Counted from the stretch's first letter, positions 1 to 8,186 are shown. The stretch: DNA of 64,000 nt from an uncultured Bacteroidota bacterium (GCA_903861145.1 CAIOTH010000145.1:14750-78749), one strand, 5' to 3'. Numbers and translations are program-made. The notes: generated from the letters alone by a model not told the origin.

Positions 1-1
1 A

Positions 2-1018
2 AATGCTACTAGTCCGCTAGGGCCGTTTAAGTTTGACAGAAGAGAGCCGGGCGCGCACGATGTAGAAATTGAAATACTGTATTGCGGCGTTTGCCATAGC
101 GATATACACCAGGCGAGGAATGAGTGGGGTGGGTCTATCTTCCCTATGGTGCCAGGACACGAAATTGTAGGGAAAGTAACCCGTGTAGGTGCGCATGTAA
201 AGAATTTTAAAGCAGGCGATTTAGCGGGCGTGGGCTGCTTAGTAGACTCGTGCCGCACTTGTAGTAGCTGCCAACAGGGTTTTGAACAATATTGTGAGAA
301 TGGTATGGTGGGCACGTATAATGGTAGAGAAAGAGGAACAGGGGAGCCTACCTACGGCGGCTATTCAGATAAAATTGTGACAGATGAATCTTTTGTTTTA
401 AAAGTATCTGAAAAACTGGAGTTGCACCGTGTTGCGCCTTTGTTGTGCGCAGGTATTACAACTTACTCGCCTTTGCGCCAATGGAAAGTTGGCAAAGGCC
501 ACCGCGTAGCTGTTTTAGGCTTGGGCGGTTTAGGCCACATGGCAGTGAAGTTAGCAGCCAGTATGGGTGCTGAGGTTACCGTGTTAAGCACTTCGCCGAA
601 CAAAGAAAAGGATGCTAAAGAATTAGGTGCTCACAAATTTGTGGTGACTAAAAACCCTGATGCACTGGCAGCTGTAAAAAACTATTTCGATTTTATTATT
701 GATACGGTTTCGGCCGACCATGATTTGAATCTTTATTTATCGCTGTTGCGCCTGGATGGAACGATGATTTTACTGGGAGTTCCACCCAACTCACCGCAGC
801 TGGGTGCCTTTAACTTAATTGGCAAGCGCAGAAGATTAGCCGGCTCATTAATTGGTGGCATTAAGGAAACACAGGAGATGTTGGACTACTGCGCTGAGCA
901 TAATATTATGAGTGATGTGGAAGTAATTCCCATCAGCGAAATCAATAACGCCTACGAGCGCATGATAAAAGGTGATGTGCATTACAGGTTTGTGATTGAT
1001 TTGAAATCGCTTTCTTAA
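2..1018 (+). CDS. Zn-dependent NAD(P)-alcohol dehydrogenase (YahK/cinnamyl alcohol dehydrogenase-like), 5'-truncated by the window edge
   Basis: The frame of ORF 146..1018 is open back to base 2 (NATSPLGPFKFDRREPGAHDVEIEILYCGVCHSD...). Motifs: catalytic Zn CGVCHSD and GHE, structural CxxCxxCxxxxxxxC, nucleotide-binding GLGGLG. Confidence 0.93.
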   Translation, partial: NATSPLGPFKFDRREPGAHDVEIEILYCGVCHSDIHQARNEWGGSIFPMVPGHEIVGKVTRVGAHVKNFKAGDLAGVGCLVDSCRTCSSCQQGFEQYCENGMVGTYNGRERGTGEPTYGGYSDKIVTDESFVLKVSEKLELHRVAPLLCAGITTYSPLRQWKVGKGHRVAVLGLGGLGHMAVKLAASMGAEVTVLSTSPNKEKDAKELGAHKFVVTKNPDALAAVKNYFDFIIDTVSADHDLNLYLSLLRLDGTMILLGVPPNSPQLGAFNLIGKRRRLAGSLIGGIKETQEMLDYCAEHNIMSDVEVIPISEINNAYERMIKGDVHYRFVIDLKSLS

Positions 1019-1028
1019 TTTGATTTAC

Positions 1029-1107
1029 CGCAAAGAGCACAAAGAGCGCAAAGAAACAGCCGAAGTTTAAAGAAGAAAACTTCTGTATTCCCTTTGTGCT
1101 CTTTGCG
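1029..1107. repeat. REP-like element, octamer-periodic (CACAAAGR) family, copy 1
   Basis: Perfect 16-bp inverted repeat CGCAAAGAGCACAAAG (1029-1044) / CTTTGTGCTCTTTGCG (1092-1107) just after the ADH stop. Confidence 0.8.
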
Positions 1108-1150
1108 TAAAAGATGTATTCTCTAACTTTAAAATCAAAACTCCCCGGCT

Positions 1151-1984
1151 ATGAAAAACCTTTTTATCCTGCTGCTTTTTGTTAGTAGTACAGCGTTTGC
1201 GCAAATGCCATCTTGTTGCAGTCCATCTGTAAATGATCAAAATGCCATGTTGGCTATGAATGAGGAATTTGCCAGTACACACCTGCCACCAACGCCGTTT
1301 GTATTAGAAGGTGGAAAGGGTAGCATGGTTACTTTTAAAACGCCCGATGGTAAAACGGCCAAAGCCTATGCCATAAAAAGCGATAAGCCTACCGATAAGG
1401 TGCTTTTTGTTTACCAGGAGTGGTGGGGTGTTAATGATTACATTAAACAGGTAGCGGAAAAGTATAAGGAAGAATTGGGCGACGTAAATGTTTACGCCAT
1501 TGATTTATACGATGGTGAAGTTGCCACTACAGTAGCCGAAGCTCAAAAACTAATGGGTGGCTTAAAGGAAGAGCGCGCCAAAGCAATTATTAACGGCGCT
1601 ATTGAAATGGTGGGTAAAAACGCAAAAATTGCCTCAATAGGTTGGTGCATGGGTGGCGCGTGGTCGCTGCAATCGGCTTTGCTGGAAGGTAAGCAGGCCG
1701 TGGGTTGTGTGATGTATTACGGCATGCCCGAAAAAAATATCGACCGCCTTAAAACCTTAAACTGCGATGTAATTGGGTTTTTCGGAACGCAGGATGGTTT
1801 TATTAATCCGGATGTAGTAAAGGGTTTTGAAGGCGATATGAAGAAGGCCGGTAAAAAATTGGAGACGCATAGTTACGATGCACCGCATGCCTTTGCAAAC
1901 CCCAGCAATCCAAAATTCAGTAAAGAGTTTTCGGAAGATGCGCATGCTAAGGCGTTGGCTTATTTGAGGGGGAAGTTGAAATAA
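1151..1984 (+). CDS. Dienelactone hydrolase family protein with N-terminal signal peptide
   Basis: QEWWG motif, GWCMGG nucleophile elbow, HAF catalytic His; hydrophobic signal ending in AFA-Q. Confidence 0.88.
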   Translation: MKNLFILLLFVSSTAFAQMPSCCSPSVNDQNAMLAMNEEFASTHLPPTPFVLEGGKGSMVTFKTPDGKTAKAYAIKSDKPTDKVLFVYQEWWGVNDYIKQVAEKYKEELGDVNVYAIDLYDGEVATTVAEAQKLMGGLKEERAKAIINGAIEMVGKNAKIASIGWCMGGAWSLQSALLEGKQAVGCVMYYGMPEKNIDRLKTLNCDVIGFFGTQDGFINPDVVKGFEGDMKKAGKKLETHSYDAPHAFANPSNPKFSKEFSEDAHAKALAYLRGKLK

Positions 1985-2005
1985 TTAATTGCCGAGAGAG
2001 ATTAA

Positions 2006-2031
2006 CCACTAAGGCACTAAGAGACACTAAG
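2006..2031. repeat. REP-like octamer-periodic repeat, copy 2 (single arm only)
   Basis: CCACTAAGGCACTAAGAGACACTAAG has the same CAC(T/A)AAG unit as 47840-47866. Confidence 0.65.
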
Positions 2032-2106
2032 GTTGAGGTTATTGAGTTTTCATTTGTTTGGCAAGTTGATTCCATTCCTATTTTCCAAATTAGATATTCA
2101 CACCCC

Positions 2107-2137
2107 TTTGCCTGATTCTAAAAACTCCTTACCTTCG
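2107..2137 (+). promoter_or_regulatory. Bacteroidota sigma-A-type promoter at the head of the ~300-bp repeated element
   Basis: TTTG (2107-2110), 19-nt spacer, TACCTTCG (2130-2137). This fits TTTG-N19-21-TAnnTTTG with one mismatch. Confidence 0.5.
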
Positions 2138-2445
2138 TAATATAATACGAAATGACAAAATTGTGAATTATCAAAATTTTAGTTATTGCGGTATAGTTCT
2201 TTGACATTCGGGATATACTTTGGGTTACGGTTTAGGTGTGATAGTGGCCGGAAAACCTCAATTTTTAGGCAAAAATTTGAGTGAGTATCGGGTTTTATGA
2301 GTGGCAACTAATTGATAGTAACTGGGTTACAAAAAAGTTTACACTTTTTAAAATGACCTGATTTTTACGATTTTCGGTGAAGTAATAGATTGGAAATCAA
2401 TCAATAACAAATAGCGATTTTCAAAAAAGTTTACAAAAGTTTACA
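2133..2445 (+). repeat. ~300-bp dispersed non-coding element, copy R1
   Basis: Collinear homology to the reverse complement of 32761-33053: a 21/22-nt block and a 79/115 ungapped block. Three AAAAGTTTACA direct repeats end at 2343, 2435 and 2445. Confidence 0.8.
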
Positions 2446-2480
2446 TAGTTTTTTTGGCAGATTGTTCCATTTGCAAATGA

Positions 2481-2554
2481 AAACAGGGCGGCTTCTACGG
2501 AGCGCTACAATTTTCTTTATTGCTTATGCTACAAACAGACGGCCCCTCCGGGGC
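2481..2554. repeat. Pair of REP-like hairpins (RAYT-type architecture)
   Basis: AAACAGGGCG-GCTTC-TAC-GGAGC (2481-2503) and CTACAAACAGACG-GCCCC-TCC-GGGGC (2529-2554) are two direct copies, each with a 5-bp stem and 3-nt loop. Confidence 0.6.
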
Positions 2555-2591
2555 GTGGTTCGCAATAACGCGAGCGGGAAGAGCGTTAGGT

Positions 2592-3950
2592 TTAAATGAT
2601 CTCCAAATACCTCTTCAGCTCCCAATCGGTAACTACTTTGGCAAATTGTTTCCATTCCCATTCGCGGGTTTGGGTAAAGTGGGTTACAAAGGTTTCGCCG
2701 AAAAGTTCTTTGGCTACTTTGCTTTCTTTCATGGCTTGGGTTGCATCCCATAAATTACGAGGGAGAGAGCCATTGCTGAGGTCGCGGTAGCCATTGCCTT
2801 TGGTGGCAGGTTGTTTAAGTTTCAATCCTTTTTTAATGCCGTATAAACCTGAGGCTAAACAGGCTGCCATTGCTAAGTACGGATTGCTATCGCTGCCTAC
2901 CACACGGGTTTCAAGGCGGGTGGCTTTGCTGCTACCTGGTAAAGCGCGTAATGCAACGGTACGGTTGTCAACGGCCCATGTTAAAGTAGTTGGTGCCCAT
3001 GCGCCTTCAACCAAACGTTTGTAGCTGTTGATGGTTGGTGCAATCATTGGCAAGATGTAAGGCAGGCAATACAATTGCCCGGCAATATAGCTGCGCATTA
3101 GTTCACTCATTTTGCTTTTATCCTGGGCATCGTAAAAAAGGTTTTTGCTTGATTTTTTATCCCACAAGCTTTGATGTACGTGTCCGCTACAACCGGGTAG
3201 GTTTTCATTAAACTTAGCCATAAAGGTGGCTATGATACCATTGTGGTAAGCAATTTCTTTAGTGCCGGTTTTAAAAATTACGGCGTTATCGGCAGCCTGC
3301 AATACGCCACTGTAAGCAATGGCAGCCTCATACACACCGGGACCGGTTTCGGTATGCAAGCCCTCTAAAGGCACACCCAGTTTTTTCATGCCATCATACA
3401 AGGCAGTAAAAAAATCGTTGCGGTAACTGCTGCGCAGAACAGAATAACCAAACATACCGGGTGTTAGCGGGGTTAGTTTTGCAAAATTTTTATCGGCTAA
3501 TGATTGTGGTGTTTCGGCAAAATTAAACCACTCAAATTCCTGGCTGAAATAGGGAGTGTAACCGGCCGTGGTTGCTTCACCAATTACCTTTTTTAGTAAT
3601 TGGCGCGGGCAAATTTCCAAAGCGCTATCATCATCAGTAATAAACTCGCTTAAAAAGAAAGGCAGGTCATTCTCCCATGGTATTTTGCGGAAGGTGCCTA
3701 AATCGAGGATTGCTTTTGCATCGGGGTAGCCGCTGTGCCAACCGGTGTAGCTGTTATTATCGTAGGCTACATCGCCGGCATCCCAACCAAAAACCACGTC
3801 GCAAAAGCCGAGGTTGCCTTCAACAATGCCCATAAACTTTTCGGTGCTTATGTACTTGCCGCGCATAATGCCATCAATATCAGTAATGGCCAGTTTCACT
3901 TTTCCGGCGGGGTGATTTTTTACGTATTCGAGGATTTGTTTTTCGGTCAT
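2592..3950 (-). CDS. Glutamine synthetase-like protein (probable gamma-glutamyl-amine ligase, GlnA4/PuuA-like)
   Basis: DIDGIMRGK, EFEWF, HTETGPGVYE, GCSGHVHQSL, NSYKRL, DNRTVALR and ETRVVGSDSNPYL motifs. It lies downstream of an amine permease gene. Confidence 0.88.
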   Translation of the reverse strand: MTEKQILEYVKNHPAGKVKLAITDIDGIMRGKYISTEKFMGIVEGNLGFCDVVFGWDAGDVAYDNNSYTGWHSGYPDAKAILDLGTFRKIPWENDLPFFLSEFITDDDSALEICPRQLLKKVIGEATTAGYTPYFSQEFEWFNFAETPQSLADKNFAKLTPLTPGMFGYSVLRSSYRNDFFTALYDGMKKLGVPLEGLHTETGPGVYEAAIAYSGVLQAADNAVIFKTGTKEIAYHNGIIATFMAKFNENLPGCSGHVHQSLWDKKSSKNLFYDAQDKSKMSELMRSYIAGQLYCLPYILPMIAPTINSYKRLVEGAWAPTTLTWAVDNRTVALRALPGSSKATRLETRVVGSDSNPYLAMAACLASGLYGIKKGLKLKQPATKGNGYRDLSNGSLPRNLWDATQAMKESKVAKELFGETFVTHFTQTREWEWKQFAKVVTDWELKRYLEII

Positions 3951-3984
3951 ATGTACATTTTATTAAAAACATTAATACATTTTA

Positions 3985-4076
3985 CCACAAAGGGCACAAA
4001 GAAAAATACAGCACAAAGGACACAAAAGAAATGCATTCATAGTGCTCTTTGTGCCGGCCTTTGTGGCCTTAGTGTT
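3985..4076. repeat. REP-like octamer-periodic element, copy 3
   Basis: CCACAAAGGGCACAAAGA...GCACAAAGGACACAAAAG paired with TCTTTGTGCCGGCCTTTGTGGCCTTAGTG, between the permease and GS-like genes. Confidence 0.75.
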
Positions 4077-4092
4077 TAACGGGATTTCTTTT

Positions 4093-5406
4093 TTATCGTT
4101 TTACAATTTTAAAAATCAGAAAAGAAACAAGTAAAAGTCCAAAGTAAATCAAAGCTAATTTGAAGTTGTAATAAGTCATTACAATGATAGAAAAAGTTGC
4201 AATCACTAAGGCCAGAAAAGGTGAGAGCGGATAAAACGGAACCTTAAAGGGCCGGTTCATTTCGGGCTCTTTATTGCGCAACACAAAAAGCGAAATCATA
4301 GCAATGATGTAAAGTGTAAGTGCACCGAATACTGAGAGGATAATGATTTGATCGGTTTTACCGGTTAGCAAGGCGATGATGCCAATAATGGTATTGACGA
4401 GGAGCGCATTGGCGGGGGTTTTAAAAGTGCTGTTTACTTTACCTAAAACTTGTGGTGCAAAGCCAACCCTGCCAAATTCGAAAGTTGAACGGCCACCGGC
4501 CAATATTAATCCGTGAAAGGAGACAATTAAACCAAACAGGCCGATGGTGATTAGCATATGAAACAAAAAGCTGTTGTCGCCAACAATTTTGGCCATCGCA
4601 AGGGGTAAGGGTGAGTCTGAAGTTTCTGTTGTCCCCGTTTTGTAGACTATGTTTTCCCATCCTGAAACACCCACCGCGGCAACAAGCGTTAACGCGCAAA
4701 GGCCAATTAAAGTAAGGATGGCTGAGCCAAAACCTTTGCTGATGTCTTTTTGTGGGTTGATGGATTCTTCGGCAACATTAGCTACTCCTTCAATACCCAA
4801 AAATATCCATACCGCAAATGGAACTGCGGCGAACATACCGACCCACCCGTTAGGTAGTGCGTTGTGCGTAAGGTTGGCCATTTGAAAATGGGGTAGGGTA
4901 ACACCGGCAAATAAAATAAGCTCTCCAACAGCTAAAATGGTAATCACCAATTCAAAAATGGCAGCGGCTTTTACCCCATAAATATTGAGGCCCGTAAACA
5001 TTAAATAAACCGCAATGGCAATTGCCATAACAGGTATTTGCGGAAAAAATAAATTGAAATAAGCCCCTATTGAAAGCGCAATGGCGGTAGGCGCAAAAAC
5101 AAACTCAATATTTTGTGCCATGCCCGCTATAAAGCCAAAATCTTTACCCAAAGCCCGGTTGGCATAATCAAAAACGCCGCCTGCTTTAGGTATGGCGCAA
5201 GCCAGTTCGGAGTAGCTAAAACTGAAGGTAGAATACATCAGTATACTGAACAAAACGGCTATGGCCATGCCCAGCGTTCCGCCATCTTTAAAGCCTGCGT
5301 TCCAGCCAAAATACATGCCCGAAATAACATATCCTACGCCCAGTCCCCATAACATTAGGGGGCTAAGGGTTTTCTTTAAACTTTCACTCGTAGCTGGTTG
5401 TTCCAT
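4093..5406 (-). CDS. eat: APC-family amino acid/amine permease, ethanolamine permease (Eat)-like
   Basis: LKKTLSPLMLWGLGVGYVISGMYFGWN N-terminal signature, GIEGVANVAEE, about 12 TM segments. Start trimmed to ATG 5406 (MEQPAT) because the longer ORF overlaps the divergent ALDH. Confidence 0.8.
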   Translation of the reverse strand: MEQPATSESLKKTLSPLMLWGLGVGYVISGMYFGWNAGFKDGGTLGMAIAVLFSILMYSTFSFSYSELACAIPKAGGVFDYANRALGKDFGFIAGMAQNIEFVFAPTAIALSIGAYFNLFFPQIPVMAIAIAVYLMFTGLNIYGVKAAAIFELVITILAVGELILFAGVTLPHFQMANLTHNALPNGWVGMFAAVPFAVWIFLGIEGVANVAEESINPQKDISKGFGSAILTLIGLCALTLVAAVGVSGWENIVYKTGTTETSDSPLPLAMAKIVGDNSFLFHMLITIGLFGLIVSFHGLILAGGRSTFEFGRVGFAPQVLGKVNSTFKTPANALLVNTIIGIIALLTGKTDQIIILSVFGALTLYIIAMISLFVLRNKEPEMNRPFKVPFYPLSPFLALVIATFSIIVMTYYNFKLALIYFGLLLVSFLIFKIVKR

Positions 5407-5488
5407 TAGCTGCTCTTTCGCAAACAAAATAGGGGTTTTAAATAAGCCAAAATAATTTTCTATTTTTAGCATCTTTAAATTCACAACC

Positions 5489-6940
5489 ATGGAAGCAACC
5501 ATAACAGGTTCAAAGACAATTCCTATAAGCCCTAACACCAAGTTGGAGGAGATTTTGAACATCTTCAATGCCCAGCAAAAAAACAAGCAGGCGGTTAAAA
5601 ACGCGCCAATAAAAGAGCGCAAAGCCAAGCTTAAAAAACTGATTGATGCGGTTAATGAATACCGCACCCGTATTCAGGATGCTGTTTATGCCGATTTGCG
5701 CAAGCCGGCAGTTGAAACCGACTATGCCGAAATATATAACGTTGTTGCTGAATGCAAACATGCCATTGCCAATTTAGATGAATGGGCCTCGGCGCAAGAG
5801 GTAGATACACCTATGCTGTTTATTGGCTCAAGCTCAAAAATAGTGCATGAGCCCAAAGGCAATGCCCTGTTAATGACTCCCTGGAATTATCCTTTCTCTA
5901 TGCCTACCCAACACGTGGTAGCTGCTATTGCTGCGGGTTGCACTGCAATTATTAAGCCTTCTGAGTTCACGCCACATACATCTGCCCTGGTAAAAGAAAT
6001 GCTGGGCAAAGTATTTGCTGAAAATGAAATTGCAGTAATTGAAGGCGACCATTCTGTTTCGACCGAATTGCTGAAATTAAAATTCGACCATATTCACTTT
6101 ACCGGCTCGCCGGCAGTAGGCAAAATAGTAATGCGCGCTGCGGCTGAGCATCTTACTTCGGTTACGTTGGAGTTAGGTGGAAAATCGCCGGTTATTATTG
6201 ACGAAACTGCCAATATTGATGCAGCCGTTAAAAAAATTACCTGGGGCAAATTTTTAAACTGCGGGCAAACCTGCATTGCCCCCGATTATATTTTGGTGCA
6301 CGATAGCAAACAGCAGGAGTTTGTAACCAAGCTACGCGATAACGTAAATAAAGTATTTGGCACCGACCCTGAAAGGAGCGCGGATATGGGCCGCATCATT
6401 AATAACAAGCACCTGCTTCGCATTAAAGGATTGTTGGATGATGCGGTTAGCAAAGGGGCTAAAATTGAGTTGGGCGGACAAATTAACGAGAGCGATAACT
6501 ACATTGCCCCAACCATAATTGACAATGTAGCTTTAGATTCGAGGATTATGCAGGAAGAAATTTTCGGGCCGATATTGCCTGTTGTACCTTACCATAATAC
6601 CGAAGATGCTTTGAACGTTATTAATGGAAAGGAAAAACCATTGGCGCTTTATATCTTCTCAGGCACAAACGCAAAACAGAACTTCTGGTTAGATAATACA
6701 ACCGCCGGTGGCACTTGTATTAACGATAATGTAGTACACATTACACAGCCCAATTTACCTTTTGGTGGAGTTAACAACTCGGGCATAGGTAAATCGTTTG
6801 GCTATTTTGGTTTTAAAGAATTCAGCAATGAGCGCGCGGTGTTAAAGGCGCTGCACAGCGGTAGTGTTATAACCCCGCTTTGGCAGCCTTATGGCAAAAT
6901 GGCGAAATTTGTAGCCGATTTCATGATTAAATATTTATAA
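5489..6940 (+). CDS. Aldehyde dehydrogenase (ALDH3/coniferyl-aldehyde DH-like)
   Basis: PWNYP, FTGS, TLELGGKSP, catalytic GQTCIAPDY, EEIFGPILP, PFGGVNNSGIG. Confidence 0.93.
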   Translation: MEATITGSKTIPISPNTKLEEILNIFNAQQKNKQAVKNAPIKERKAKLKKLIDAVNEYRTRIQDAVYADLRKPAVETDYAEIYNVVAECKHAIANLDEWASAQEVDTPMLFIGSSSKIVHEPKGNALLMTPWNYPFSMPTQHVVAAIAAGCTAIIKPSEFTPHTSALVKEMLGKVFAENEIAVIEGDHSVSTELLKLKFDHIHFTGSPAVGKIVMRAAAEHLTSVTLELGGKSPVIIDETANIDAAVKKITWGKFLNCGQTCIAPDYILVHDSKQQEFVTKLRDNVNKVFGTDPERSADMGRIINNKHLLRIKGLLDDAVSKGAKIELGGQINESDNYIAPTIIDNVALDSRIMQEEIFGPILPVVPYHNTEDALNVINGKEKPLALYIFSGTNAKQNFWLDNTTAGGTCINDNVVHITQPNLPFGGVNNSGIGKSFGYFGFKEFSNERAVLKALHSGSVITPLWQPYGKMAKFVADFMIKYL

Positions 6941-6963
6941 ACTTGCCCTGAGAAATAACAGAA

Positions 6964-7452
6964 ATGAATAAAAGAAAGACCATTGCCGGATTTGCCCTTA
7001 TTGCCTTTGTCGCCGTCATTCTGATTAATATTAGTAGTTGTAAACCCGAAAATAATCCTCAGCCCTTAGAGCCTATTTCTCTCGTTTCGCCCGATACACC
7101 TATTTCGCGGTATTTCGGCGGCGATTCTTTCCCGGTAATTATCAAATTTACTACCGATAGGCCCATTAACTGGATTATGGGATTAACCGATGTAGATACG
7201 CTGATTGATTCGAGCAATTACACCCCGACTTACGAAGACACCTTATTCCGCAAAAACCTTACTACGCTTAGTCCCCGCCAAAATCTATATACCTACACAG
7301 GCAGCTACCATGTGGCCGATTCGCTTTTGCCATTTAGTGTAGTTCGTTTTAAGGTTTCGTTCCAGGCCGGTTCAAATACTTTTGAAACGGGACAAAATTA
7401 CCCGGTAGGTATTAAGACTTACTCCAAAGAATTTAAGGTTAACGTGCGATAA
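6964..7452 (+). CDS. Hypothetical lipoprotein
   Basis: Signal peptide with lipobox-like ISS-C; beta-rich mature part; followed by a terminator. Confidence 0.7.
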   Translation: MNKRKTIAGFALIAFVAVILINISSCKPENNPQPLEPISLVSPDTPISRYFGGDSFPVIIKFTTDRPINWIMGLTDVDTLIDSSNYTPTYEDTLFRKNLTTLSPRQNLYTYTGSYHVADSLLPFSVVRFKVSFQAGSNTFETGQNYPVGIKTYSKEFKVNVR

Positions 7453-7476
7453 GACTTAGGCACTACATAAATTATC

Positions 7477-7516
7477 AAAAACCTTCTGACCAAAATCAAT
7501 GGCAGAAGGTTTTTTG
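7477..7516 (+). terminator. Rho-independent terminator
   Basis: AAAAACCTTCTG...CAGAAGGTTTTTT stem with T tract. Confidence 0.75.
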
Positions 7517-7521
7517 TTTAA

Positions 7522-7529
7522 TAGCTTTG
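7522..7529 (+). promoter_or_regulatory. -7 promoter box upstream of pdxH
   Basis: TAGCTTTG matches TAnnTTTG, 18 nt before ATG 7548. Confidence 0.5.
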
Positions 7530-7547
7530 CATAACAAAATTCGAAGT

Positions 7548-8186
7548 ATGCCTTCATCTAAAGATTTAAGCCACCACCGCCGTAATTACGTAAAGCACGA
7601 GTTGATTGAGGGAAACATTTCAAACAATCCCTTCGAGCAATTTGGGCAGTGGTTTGAAGACGCGGGCAAAGCTGAAATGATAGAGCCTAATGCTATGACA
7701 TTAGCCACAGCAACTACAACAGGCAAACCGTCAGCACGCATCGTATTACTTAAAGCATTTAGCGAAAACGGGTTCGTGTTTTATACTAATTACCATAGCC
7801 GCAAAGGCGCCGAACTTGCCGAAAACAACCAGGCCGCCATCCTTTTTTACTGGGATGCAATGGAACGCCAGGTACGTATTGAAGGAATAGTGGAAAAGGT
7901 AGAGTTAAAACTATCGGAAGAATATTTTGCCAGCCGGCCATACGAAAGCCGGTTAAGCGCCATTGTTTCTGAGCAAAGCGAGGTAATACCCTCCCGTCAA
8001 TTTTTAGAAGACAGGCTGGAAGAAGTCAGGAATTTTGGAGTAGTTAAACGCCCTGAAAATTGGGGTGGCTACATATTGAAACCCACTTATTTTGAATTTT
8101 GGCAGGGTCGCGCCAGCCGCCTGCATGACCGTATTGTTTACGCCTTTGAAAATAATGCATGGGCTATTAGCCGACTAGCACCCTAG
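7548..8186 (+). CDS. pdxH: Pyridoxamine 5'-phosphate oxidase
   Basis: EPNAMTLAT, RIVLLK, FYTNYHSRKG, RQVRIEG, EFWQGRASRLHDR. Start placed at ATG 7548. Confidence 0.96.
   Translation: MPSSKDLSHHRRNYVKHELIEGNISNNPFEQFGQWFEDAGKAEMIEPNAMTLATATTTGKPSARIVLLKAFSENGFVFYTNYHSRKGAELAENNQAAILFYWDAMERQVRIEGIVEKVELKLSEEYFASRPYESRLSAIVSEQSEVIPSRQFLEDRLEEVRNFGVVKRPENWGGYILKPTYFEFWQGRASRLHDRIVYAFENNAWAISRLAP

Noticed and set aside
1067-1282. 71-aa minus ORF, and similarly 3735..4079 on +
   Set aside because: Both run through REP repeats and antisense to real genes.
2151-2166. Short ATG-initiated peptides after the conserved head of R1/R2 (MTKL; MVKMLFWLIYRFGGVI)
   Set aside because: Length and sequence are not conserved between the two copies, so there is no support for a leader peptide.
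3985-4076. CRISPR interpretation of the short periodic repeats
   Set aside because: Units are 8 bp with no unique spacers, and no cas genes are present.
5407-5667. 87-codon N-terminal extension of the permease ORF
   Set aside because: It overlaps the divergent ALDH gene; family similarity starts at MEQPAT (5406).
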